63,085 bases of DNA, filler included, from Aduncisulcus paluster (GCA_024181965.1; 36 parts of 36 records of this genome joined end to end with filler, not necessarily neighbours in it); one strand, 5' to 3'. Positions 47,676 to 58,469 are shown, counted from the first letter of the whole stretch. Program-made: numbers and translations. Notes: generated from the letters alone by a model not told the origin.

Positions 47676-48870
47676 ATGGCACGTATCGGAGACGGCGGCG
47701 ACCTGCTGAAATGCTCGTTCTGCGGAAAGAGCCAGAAGCAGGTCAAGAAGCTCATCGCCGGCCCCGGCGTGTACATCTGCGATGAATGCATCGACCTCTG
47801 CAACGAGATCATCGAAGAGGAGCTGGCCGACGCCGACGACGTCAAGCTCGATGAGCTGCCCAAGCCGGTGGAGATCCGGGAGTTCCTGGAGAACTACGTC
47901 ATCGGCCAGGACAACGCCAAGAAGACGCTGGCCGTCGCCGTGTACAACCACTACAAGCGCATCCAGGCCGGCGATAAGGCCCGTGACGCCCGCGGTGAGA
48001 CCGTTGAATTGGCCAAGTCCAATATCTTGATGCTGGGCCCCACCGGCTGCGGCAAGACCTACCTGGCGCAGACACTGGCCAAGATGCTTAATGTCCCGTT
48101 CGCCATCGCCGACGCCACCGCGCTGACCGAGGCCGGGTACGTGGGCGAGGATGTGGAGAACATTCTCCTCAAGCTGATTCAGGCGGCCGACTACGACGTG
48201 AAGCGCGCCGAGACCGGCATCATCTACATCGACGAGGTCGACAAGATCGCCCGCAAGAGCGAGAACCCGTCGATCACCCGGGATGTCTCCGGCGAGGGTG
48301 TGCAGCAGGCACTGCTGAAAATCCTGGAGGGCACGCAGGCGTCGGTGCCCCCGCAGGGCGGCCGCAAGCACCCGCATCAGNNNNNNNNNNNNNNNNNNNN
48401 ACACCACCAACGTGCTGTTCATCGTGGCCGGTGCGTTCGCGGGCCTGGAGAAGATCGTGTCGGACCGCGTCGGCAAGCGCGGCCTGGGCTTTGGTGCCGA
48501 GGTCAAGTCGAAGGCCGATATCGACACCACGGACCACTTCGCCGAGGTCATGCCCGAGGACTTGATCAAGTTCGGGCTCATCCCCGAGTTCATCGGTCGT
48601 CTGCCGATCGTGGCCTCGGTGACAAACCTGGACCGCGAATCACTCATCACAATCCTGTCCGAGCCGAAGAACGCGTTGGTGAAGCAGTACACCCGCCTCT
48701 TCGACATGGACGGTGTCGAGCTGGAATTCAGCCAGGATGCGCTGGAGGCCATCGCCGATCAGGCCATCCACCGTGGCACCGGCGCCCGCGGTCTGCGCGC
48801 CATCATGGAGGAAGTGCTGCAGCCGGTGATGTACGACATCCCGAGCCGCGACGATGTCGCCAAGGTCGTC
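47676..48870 (+). CDS. clpX: Clp protease ATPase ClpX, 3' truncated
   Basis: CSFCGKSQ zinc finger, [24 protein letters not shown] loop. Confidence 0.98.
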
Positions 48871-48970
48871 NNNNNNNNNNNNNNNNNNNNNNNNNNNNNN
48901 NNNNNNNNNNNNNNTTAATTAATTAANNNNNNNNNNNNNNNNNNNNNNNNNNNNNNNNNNNNNNNNNNNN

Positions 48971-49655
48971 CGATCAATCGCTATCCCTAGTGAAAGAGAA
49001 GAAGCATTTCGTGCCTTATCGCGAAGACGCCATCAACTTACAGATTCAATCCGTAGAGTTAAGCAACGCATCAGATCTTTATTTTTGGCTTTGGGAGTTG
49101 CTGAACCAGCAGGCATAGACAGTTGGGGCAAAGCGGCTGTACTTGCAATTGAGCATCAACCACTTTCTGCAGGTGCAACTGAGACTCGTGACAGTCTTCT
49201 CTCTGAACTAAAATACTTCATAATTGCTCAAAAAGAAGTTGATACGAAACTTGAACTACTCGCTAAGGAACAAGACGAAGCAATACGCATTGCTGCAATG
49301 AGGTCCGTTCCCGGAGTCGGAAGAGTTGTAGCAACAACCTTTGCGGCAGAAATCTTTAACCCTAAACGTTTCAACCACAGTAAAGAAGTCACGGCCTACC
49401 TTGGCCTTGCACCGATAGTTCAACAAAGCGGTGCAAGCAAGGGCAAAGCGAACTCTTCGCCCAGTAGGTCAACGGAGGCTACGAAGCTTGCTGGTGGAGG
49501 CAGCATGGGTATGGAAACAAAAAGACACATGGGCGCAAGAATGTTACAATAGAATTTTGGGCAAGCATGGAGTGCCGCAAAAGGCGATTGCTGCGCTTGC
49601 ACGAAAACTTGCTGCTCTGCTCTGGAAACTGAGTCTTCCAGTAGAGACAGCATAA
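48971..49655 (+). pseudogene. IS110-family transposase/recombinase, C-terminal half, +1 frameshift near 49451
   Basis: SVPGVG, AYLGLAP...QSG in one frame; GQRRLRSLLVEAAW...AIAALARKLA in the next. Confidence 0.85.
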
Positions 49656-49656
49656 C

Positions 49657-49841
49657 GGATCGCGAGGGGGTTTTGGTTGCTCCGACAACGACACAAAAAT
49701 GGCGATCCTAAATTGATTTGGTACCGAATCGGTACTTGGTGCCACTGAGCACGAATAAGAAAAGAAGTATCAATTACTTGCACCGTACGGTAAGGGATGA
49801 CTACGGCCTATGAAAATAGGGTTATAGAATTGACGGGGTGC
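49657..49841 (+). ncRNA. Putative bridge/seek RNA in the IS right end
   Basis: Stems GGATCGC/GCGATCC, AATTGAT/ATCAATT, GCACC/GGTGC enclosing internal loops that match the flank and the IS end. Confidence 0.6.
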
Positions 49842-49861
49842 TTGACAACGTGCCGCATAAG

Positions 49862-49900
49862 AAAAATCCCCGCAAAGTTTAACTTTGCGGGGATTTTTTT
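49862..49900. terminator. Bidirectional rho-independent terminator directly beside the IS end
   Basis: AAAAATCCCCGCAAAGT-TTA-ACTTTGCGGGGATTTTT. Confidence 0.88.
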
Positions 49901-49911
49901 GTCTAATTATT

Positions 49912-50000
49912 TTAAGTTCCGATCATTTTCTCAGGTAGATAGAATACGATTTCCGGGAACAATGTTACCAGAATTACCATCAGGACCATGATTATAAAGA
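49912..50000 (-). CDS. TRAP transporter large permease (DctM-like), C-terminus
   Basis: FIIMVLMVILVTLFPEIVFYLPEKMIGT*. Confidence 0.55.
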
Positions 50001-50316
50001 NNNNNNNNNNNNNNNNNNNNNNNNNNNNNNNNNNNNNNNNNNNNTTAATTAATTAANNNNNNNNNNNNNNNNNNNNNNNNNNNNNNNNNNNNNNNNNNNN
50101 CTTGTAACTCTGAAATCATGCTTATTTTAGAAATCGATTTTGCTGTATATATTTATTTTTGAAATTACAATTAGCATGCGTATAAATGTTGTAGGATGCT
50201 TAATTGATGTTTTGTTTGATTTAAGTCCTTCTTATTCCATAGATGCAGTGGCATCTTTGAAAGAAAGGGAAGGATGTTGTAGCCTGCTATGGATAAAAGC
50301 TGATATTCAGCAAACA

Positions 50317-50393
50317 GCTTCATAGTTCAGATGGTAGTGCTTCCCGGTAGCGAAGCATTAGTGCTGGTTCGAGCCTTGGCTCGTTCCCTTTTT
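50317..50393 (+). other. Degenerate tRNA-like / Pol III element
   Basis: A-box-like TAGTTCAGATGG, stem TGCTTC/GAAGCA, B-box GGTTCGAGCC, T5 run; acceptor stem does not pair. Confidence 0.4.
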
Positions 50394-50965
50394 ATGTGAC
50401 TTAATAGTCACTGTAGATAGTTGTCATCGGAATGATATGACAAGCTTATCAATCGATTAATTAATAAGAGTAAATTGACTCACCCCACAGATTATTATTT
50501 TATTGTTCATTACATCACGGAGACAAATCCCCTGGACGAAAGGTGTCGTTATCTCTGAGATAGAAACGGTAGCAATTTATTAGAAAGTAAACGGAAGGAC
50601 ATCAGGTCTATAAATAGAACACTGAGAAACCTTCACTTCCACCCCAGAACTGAGGTTCCTTCTGAGAACTGAAATAAATGGAAAAAAAAAAAGAAAAAAG
50701 AAAAAAGAAAAAAGAACACCTTGGGAAGAGGAGAGAAGACCTCAGCCTTAAGAACTCCTCACCCGACGAGGATCACCACAGTGAGTCTCTCTTCAGCAAA
50801 CCGCAGCTTGCTTCTATGGTCTTGACTCGCAGCCAAGTCTCAAGGTTAACCTCAGCCAACCTTTTCTTCGGGGAGCTGCAGCTCCCCACACCGACCTCGG
50901 ACGGTGCCATTGGGTAACCTCAGTCACCAAGCTTTTGCATAGGAAAAGACTATAGAAAACATAGA

Positions 50966-51144
50966 TTTCCATGCAGTTTCTGTATGATTTTCCGTGAATT
51001 TATCATACATTTTCCATGCAATTTATCATGCATTTTTCATGAATTTGTCACATATTTTTCATGCAATATATCATGCACTTTTCATGAATTTATCACATAT
51101 TTTTCCATGCAATATATCATGCATTTTTCATGAATTTATTCATG
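50966..51144. repeat. About 45-bp minisatellite, roughly 4 imperfect copies
   Basis: Unit approximately TTTCCATGCAATATATCATGCATTTTTCATGAATTTATCACATAT, head to tail. Confidence 0.85.
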
Positions 51145-51340
51145 CCATCGTAAATCTTCCTCAAGCTGACTGTATACAAGATTGGATTCTTATTTCTTAA
51201 GTCAAACAATGTTTTAGCTTGTTTTAAGTCGTTTCCATCCNNNNNNNNNNNNNNNNNNNNNNNNNNNNNNNNNNNNNNNNNNNNTTAATTAATTAANNNN
51301 NNNNNNNNNNNNNNNNNNNNNNNNNNNNNNNNNNNNNNNN

Positions 51341-52768
51341 GGCAGAAATAAGCTCAGATGAAACACCTGGATGAAAATGAGAGATGACAGAATCAGAGCT
51401 AGAGGCTGATGAGGAAGTAGCTGGGTGTTGTTGAGAGAATTGCTCAGAAATTCCAGGTTCTGCCTCATTCAGATCATCATCATTCACATCTTCCTCCTCT
51501 TCTTTCTCTTTCTTCTCTCCAACATCGTCGAACATGGGCTCGGCCTCACGGTTGACAGGTATCTGGAATCCCCCTACTTGCTCAGCCCACAACAGAGGGT
51601 GCAGCAGGAGAGAAGGCAAGGAAGAGAGGAATAAAAAGAGGGCAACCGGAGATACAGCGGGTGGAGTCATCACTGCAAGGGACATGGAGGCAGACTGTGA
51701 AAAGACTGTGGACAAACAGTGGATATGAGTGTGGACAGCGTGGAAGAATAGAGTGGGCAAGAATGATGGAGAGGAGGAGGAGGAAGAGTGGGAGAACATG
51801 ACATGGGCTGGAATATTGAGTTTGGATGACTCAGAATCAACAAAATATTCAAGATCAAAGAAGGCATCAAGAAAAGAAGAAGGGAATATTTGAGAGAGAT
51901 TACGATAGAGAGAACACTCTTTCAGAAGCATATTTGGTGTCTTTTCACCATCTTTTTGAATATCACATGAATAAGCTGGACAAAGCCGACCAGCAACGAA
52001 TTCAGATCCAGAATTTGTTAAAAAAAGCATTTTAGGGTGTCTATTATAATTATTGTGTGATTTATCTTGAATGGTTCCTTCTAATTCCCCAGAATGAATT
52101 GATAAGGAACTTTTTTCTTCTTCCAGAATTCCATCAATGATATTATTCGTGAGAAGATGGATTCTAACATTCCAATCACTTACAGCAACCATATTGACAG
52201 GCAGGGGGGCAAATTGCATGGTGGTACCCTTATGAATGGTTGATATACCATAAAATGATGGAGGAATTGGTATTTCACTTTGGAGTTGCTGTTTTGTCGG
52301 GGAAGTTGGAGAACGGGATGGTTTATGTGTTGGATAATGTGTTTGCGATGAGAGAAGCATGGATTTCAGAGAAACTTCATTCAACTTATATCCGATTTCA
52401 AAATGGATAGTTTTAGCTAAAGATATCGAAACACCGGTGGATTGCCTTTTAAATTGACAAATACTATCATCATATTGTGAAGAATCAATCACTAAAGTAG
52501 ATGAAGAGAACAGAGAGTTTCCTAATTGGGGAAGGAAGATGTATTCCTCCATTGTTTTTAGTATTTCAGATTTCTCCTCTAAAGTATAATATTTTATAGT
52601 CTTACCATTGATTTTAACATAAAGAATGGTCATATTGGGAATAGAGAAGAAGAGAAAAGGGTTTTGTTTCAACTCACTATCTTTCCATGAATACTTCGCA
52701 ACCGCGGCAAAAATCGGTTTCTTATTACATTTTGATACAGAAACACATGCATCAATTTCGAACATCAC
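51341..52768 (-). CDS. Eukaryotic hypothetical protein, 3' truncated; start uncertain
   Basis: Open frame of about 475 codons with acidic and Ser-rich tracts. Confidence 0.65.
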
Positions 52769-52989
52769 ACGTGGTGCCAGAAAAATTACTTGATCTTGTC
52801 AATATCCTAGATTAATCCATTTCATATTATTTTAGGTATAGTATCGGAGTAAAAATATGATATAATTAACTATTTTATTTTTTTCAATTGAGAATGGGCA
52901 AATAAGGAGAGGATCCAAATAGGTCACCTTTATACGGTTAAACGGTTAAACAGTCTAGATAAGACGGAAAATATCTACTCTAATTGTAT

Positions 52990-53556
52990 TTATTCAAATA
53001 AAAATTGAACGTCAGAACCAGTCAATTTACGGTAAATTGTGGAGAATCCTTCAAGACGGCTAACACAGTCAGACTGTTTCTCCTTGGGGAGGGCAACTCT
53101 AAGAGTACGAGCTCCGTCAACACTGTAACGGGTCTTCTTACCGACGATGTATGTGGGGAAGACAAGGTCGTCAAGGAAAGACTCGTAGACTTTAGTGAGG
53201 GTACGAGAACGGGGACGAACACCAGTAGTACGGTTCTTACGACCAGGCTTGGGGAGGATACGACGCTCACCGATGAAAACAACTTGGGCACCGTCAAGCT
53301 TCTTCTCCAATTCACGTTGAAGAGCAGAATGAATTCTTTGGACGTTCTTGAGAAGAGGGAAAGGAACGAAGATCATGGCAGCCTCCTTACCACTTTCAAG
53401 GGTAACACGGCAGGCAGAAGAGATGTAGATCTTCTTCAACTCAGCAGAAATATCACCGTCGGATCTCTCGATTTTGTAAAGAGCTTCAGCAACTTCCTTC
53501 TCGAATTGGTTGAGCTCACCAGACTTGTGGATTTTACGACCAGCAGAAAACACCAT
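52990..53556 (-). CDS. RPS7: 40S ribosomal protein S7 (eS7)
   Basis: IFVPFP, RELEKK, RRILPKP, RPRSRTLT, IVGKKTR. Confidence 0.96.
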   Translation of the reverse strand: MVFSAGRKIHKSGELNQFEKEVAEALYKIERSDGDISAELKKIYISSACRVTLESGKEAAMIFVPFPLLKNVQRIHSALQRELEKKLDGAQVVFIGERRILPKPGRKNRTTGVRPRSRTLTKVYESFLDDLVFPTYIVGKKTRYSVDGARTLRVALPKEKQSDCVSRLEGFSTIYRKLTGSDVQFLFE

Positions 53557-53712
53557 CTAAAAACTATTTTATATTAATATTGAAGAAAAAATGGGTCCAA
53601 CAACAAGAAAAGTAAAAAAAGCATAAAATTTGAGGGAATTGAAGTTAAATTAATTATCCAAATTAATATATTTGATATTGAAATAAAGAAAAAAAGGATT
53701 ATTCCAACATAC
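53557..53712 (-). other. Predicted 5'-UTR spliceosomal intron of RPS7 (156 nt)
   Basis: AG|GTATGT donor at 53712; TTTTTAG acceptor immediately before ATG; AT-rich. Confidence 0.7.
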
Positions 53713-54091
53713 CTAGAGCAGGAGCCAAGGAAGGAAAGGCAAACTCACCAATTCAAATAGATCTAAAAATAGATCTGAGAAGAGACCAGTAAAAAGTAGA
53801 TTAATAAAATATTAATAAAGTTTTTTACTTCAATCTTCATTAAAGACATAATATCTGAGGGTCTCAATTTGCTATTATACTCGTAATTTGGTTGTTTGGC
53901 TCAAAAAGGAAAATCAATTATCTACCCTACTATATCATTATTCATATCATATATATCAAACTCAGTGAATTGACGTTGCTCTAATTATATGTAAATAAGA
54001 GGTTTTAATAATTTTAGATAGATGAAAAAAGATTTCAGAAATAGAACCGTATGGTCTTTACCCTTTACTATGATATTGGATACAAGAGAAA

Positions 54092-54527
54092 TTAGTATAG
54101 CTAAAGCAAATTAAAAAAATTAATTATTGAAATTACAAAGTGTACAATAGATATGGGAATGAGGAGAGAATATTTTAACGGAGAACAATAAAAGGTCATG
54201 GATAGAAGATAAATAATGAATAAGACTGTCCTAAGATGATAATTTGAGATATTTTCCAACACTAAATGTTTTAACATACCTTCTTGAAACCGATCTTGGT
54301 GGCTTGCTCACGGAAGCACCTTCTGCAGAGGTTGAGACCGTATTTACGGAGAACAGCCTGATGGGCACCACAAATGCGACTATATTAAATCGAAAATATT
54401 GATAGGATCGAAGGATCAAATGGTAAATAAAAAATCTGCGACTTAAAACAAAAATAAAATCAACAATTTATACATACCAAGCTCTGCTACCTTTTCCGAA
54501 CTTCTTGGGATAGATTTTAACAACCAT
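54092..54527 (-). CDS. RPS29: 40S ribosomal protein S29 (uS14); exons 54527-54478, 54379-54280, 54100-54092
   Basis: Spliced product [58 protein letters not shown]...AG introns; last exon less certain. Confidence 0.9.
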
Positions 54528-54851
54528 GCTTCTTAAACTGATCCAAGAATGAGAGAAATAACAATATGTATTGATTCTCAACATTCTATTTTGGGAAGAT
54601 CCAATCAACAATAGAAAAATAAATAAAATATAAATAATTATATATGATCTGATTGATTTGGCATTTATTTGTACTTTGATCCATTTCCTGTCATTTCTTG
54701 TGGTATTTACAGCCAGAATCGTGTCACGATTATCGTGATGAAAGGAATGAATGAAGGAAGATTGAATTGCAAACAAACAATAAGAAATAGCCAAAATATT
54801 TATTTATTTATATACTGTTATCCCGCTAATGATGAACAATGACTAGTTCAT

Positions 54852-55352
54852 TTACTCGCGCTTAACTATGCAACAAAGTAAAATGTAAACACGAAAAAAA
54901 ATTCAATTATAATGTAAATAAGTTCAACTATGAAGAATATAAATTAAAACTACATTAATAATACATACGAGGCTTGAAACCGTTGTGGAAACGACGGTTG
55001 ACGAGCTTGAGGTGAGCTCTACGACCGGTTCCAGTGGTACGACGACGAAGAGCTTTCTCCAAAAAGTTCTTCTTCTTCATGCGGCGAGCAGGGAATGAGC
55101 AAGAAGCACACTTGTGTTTCTGGATGTGGAAACTGTGCTTACCACATCTAGGGCAGGCTGTGTGGATACGAGTGTGGCGTTTACCCTGGCTAGGAGTACC
55201 TTTAGTCTATATTATATAAAAAATTGGATGAATATGAATGATAATATCAAAAAGAAGGTGAAAAATGAAAAAAACACAAAACAAAATGAGATAAGCACTT
55301 AAATATAATTTATACAGATTTATAATGAACTTTTAAAAGAATTACATACCAT
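54852..55352 (-). CDS. RPL37: 60S ribosomal protein L37 (eL37); exons 55352-55350, 55206-54969, 54865-54852
   Basis: M|TKGTPSQGKRH...CPRCG...CASC...RRRTTGTGR...GFKP|LKRE*; GTATGT...AG introns. Confidence 0.92.
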
Positions 55353-55744
55353 TCTTCCCTCGAGCTGGCGAAATAGACAAATAATACCCCTTTCAATTGA
55401 AATGAGATACTGGCTAAAAATAGATTCAATTCTTATTGAAAGCAATGATAATGAAAAAATATATTAAGTAATTTTCCTTTCGTTTATCTTGACTTTTATG
55501 CACGTTTTTTTTGTTAAAACTAACGAAGAGTTTTCCATTGTGGAAATAATACATTAGCATTCTTGTTGAGTGGCTTCCTGATATTAATTGAATTTGAAAT
55601 TGTTGATTAATTTATAAAATACGATTTTAAGTTATATTTCGGGCATTTTTATTTATGATATTACTAGTAAATCTTCATGTTGCTGTTTCTCCCCTATTTC
55701 ATTATAATTCAAGTAATGCTTCAAATTTTTTGAAATGAAAGTCG

Positions 55745-58469
55745 TTATTTGTTACTAGATTTGAAAAGTGAAGACAAAGACATTGATTTTTGAGAAATTT
55801 TTGAAGCATTCCTAGATGTTGATGATTTGGACTGATTTGTTTTTGTTTTCAAAGATTTTTTCTCCCGTTTCGGATCAAGAACTATTTTTTTACCAGTGAC
55901 AACCTTCGGGTCCTTTAAGCTCTTAGATTCAATAGAACTTGATATAGAGTGATCTTTTGAAATAACCTTTGTAGAATCAGCTTCTTTTGTCCTATTAGGT
56001 ATTTTTTCACCTATTATATTCGTATAAAAATCTTCTGAAGATGTTGATTTCTTTTTATCTTCTTCCTCACTCTTTTTTGGTGAATTGACTGAAGAAAATA
56101 GCGAGAAAAGATTTGTTGGCTTGAACTGTTTGCTCATAGATGAAAGGAGCGCAGAGGAAGAAGAAGAGGTTGTAGAGGAAAGGATAGAAGAAGTCGAGGC
56201 GAAAGAGGAAGGTAAACTAGGGGATTCAACATACCGTCCTTCACCGATAATTCCACCGAGATGACCGGTTCCAGAAGGAATTGAGGCTGTAAACATCGGT
56301 TTTTCGCCATTGGTTGATTTTATATCGAACATCGATGAAGATGACGAAGTTGATGTGGAAGATGAAATAGGAAGACTTGACAGAGGAATAATGGGGTGTT
56401 GAGTTTCTTTAAGTGGGATTTGGGATGATGGCTTTGGTGGGAAGATGAAGGGTTGTTTTGGTGGGAAACTAGGGATCACACTTCCATTGGAACTGGGATT
56501 CGAACTCCAAAAATCTCTTAAAGTACTCTCAATCTTCTCATTTCTATTTTTAGGATCAAATGAGAAGCTATCGTTATTATTAATTGTGGTTAGAGCATCC
56601 TTATGATCACTTTTTCCCTTTCCTTGTTCATCATGTTCATCTTCATCTTTCTCAACAGATGAAACATGATCAATAATAGCCTCTTTCGACTTCGGATGAG
56701 CCTTTTCTTGACTCTTTCCGCTCACAGATGTTGACGAAGCAAATAAAGAGAGAGGTTGTTTTGAACTTGCAGATGCAGTGAATAAATTGGGCAGTTTGGG
56801 GAAGAAGCTTTGGACTTGGTGCTTTCCAATTGAATCGAGCTGTTTCTTTCCACTTAATATTGAACTGTCATCGCCAAGACCAATATCGGCACTCTTATTT
56901 CCCTGATTTTGTTGGATTTGATCAGTAATGTCGACAACCGAATCATCTTCTTCATCGCCTCTCTCGGCAGCATCTGGAACAGTTGGTACTTGGAGTAGGG
57001 TTTTGGGACCTTCACTCTTCTTCGATGAAAACAAATCTCCAACAATACTCGATATTGAGGAGGGTTTCGACACATCTTGTTCGCCTTTATCAAATATAGT
57101 GACAACTTCTTGTTCTTCTTCCTCTTCCTCTTCCTCACCAAGTTTCATTTGTGTTGATGTGGGAGTGACATTGTTGGTATTAGGAGTTCCAGGGGGTGGA
57201 GAAGAAGGAGATGAGGAAGTGGAAGAAGGAGATGTACTACTGCTTGCATCTTCTTCTCGTTCATATGCTCTCCTTTTAATATCATTGTGAGTGGTTGATA
57301 ATGGTTGTTCAGAATAATTACGTTGTTCCCTATCGCGTTGTCTTCTCTTTCCAAGGTTGATGTGTGAAGACTCAAGAACTGAGGGCGGCAATTGAAGGTC
57401 ATCGGAATCTTGTTCATCTTCAATACTATGAATGGATGTCACAGTATCCTTGGAGTTTTCTTCTTCATCTTCTTCAACTTCATGAATAACGGGAGGATTT
57501 GAGTTCGAGCGACTCAGTAAAGGTGAGGAGAGGTGATCCTCGTGGTTACGCCCTCCTTCCTCCTCCCTTCTGGCCTCACGGATCATTGCCTTACTTGGGG
57601 ATAGAAGACTTGGGGTCACAATGTCATGGTGTGAGAGATCAGAGTCCGTCTTGATACTACTCAGAGTTACAGAGGAATTGAATGCATTGAGATTGGGGGT
57701 CAGAGAGTGGGAAAATCTGGACAAAGGAATGTGGGAACCACCAAGAGAGAAGGCGTTGTTAGGCCGAATGGCGGAGGCGGGGGTGAGTAACATGGGATGT
57801 GAGGGACGTTGAAGATCATATCTATATCCGAAGGTAGGAGAACTAGCGAATCGACTATCTGAGGAGGTGATAGGGGGGATATTGACACTTGAGGAAGAAG
57901 AAAAAAGTTCCTCACGGCGTCTGGTCCCTTCTTCCTGTTCCTTTTCTTCTTCTTGTTTCTTTTCTTCTTCTTGTTTCTGTTTACGTTCTTCTTCCTCTTC
58001 TTCTTTCTTCAAGCGCTCCTCTTCTTCTTTCTTCAAGCGCTCCTCTTCTTCTTTCTTCAAGCGCTGTTCCTCTTCTTTCCTCTTGCGTTCTTCCTCTTGT
58101 TTCTGTTTACGTTCTTCTTCCTCTTCTTCTTTCTTCAAGCGCTCCTCTTCTTCTTTCTTCAAGCGCTCCTCTTCTTCTTTCTTCAAGCGCTGTTCCTCTT
58201 CTTTCCTCTTGCGTTCTTCCTCTTCTTTCCTCTTGCGTTCTTCTTCTTCCTTCTTCTTGCGTTCTTCTTCTTCCTTCTTCTTGCGTTCTTCTTCTTCCTT
58301 CTTCAAGCGCTCTTCTTCTTCCTTCTTCAAGCGCTCTTCTTCTTCCTTCCTCTTGCGTTCTTCTTCTTCTTTCTTCAAGCGTTCTTCTTCTTCTTTCTTC
58401 AAGCGCTCTTCTTCTTCCTTCCTCTTGCGTTCTTCTTCTTCTTTCTTCAAGCGCTCTTCTTCTTCCTTC
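55745..58469 (-). CDS. Large low-complexity eukaryotic protein with charged E/K/R repeat and Ser-rich tail, 5' truncated
   Basis: Open frame of over 900 codons. Confidence 0.8.
57945..58469 (-). repeat. 24-bp coding tandem repeat (EEEERLKK / EEEERKRK)
   Basis: About 20 copies, with a higher-order duplication. Confidence 0.9.

Larger units (their letters stand above)
48971..49861 (+). mobile_element. IS110/IS1111-type insertion sequence, right portion
   Basis: Transposase plus about 200-nt 3' non-coding end with TTGACA (49842-49847) near the inferred end GCCGCATAAG. Confidence 0.75.

Noticed and set aside
50966-51144. CRISPR array
   Set aside because: Units are contiguous with no unique spacers, and no cas genes are present.
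54231-54794. ORF-track proteins 54231-54419 and 54468-54794
   Set aside because: They are partial or off-frame read-throughs of RPS29 exons, introns and upstream DNA.
52990-55747. TAA/TAG-to-Gln recoding as in hexamitid diplomonads
   Set aside because: RPS7 ends at TAA at the expected position, and long eukaryotic ORFs are open under the standard code using CAA/CAG.
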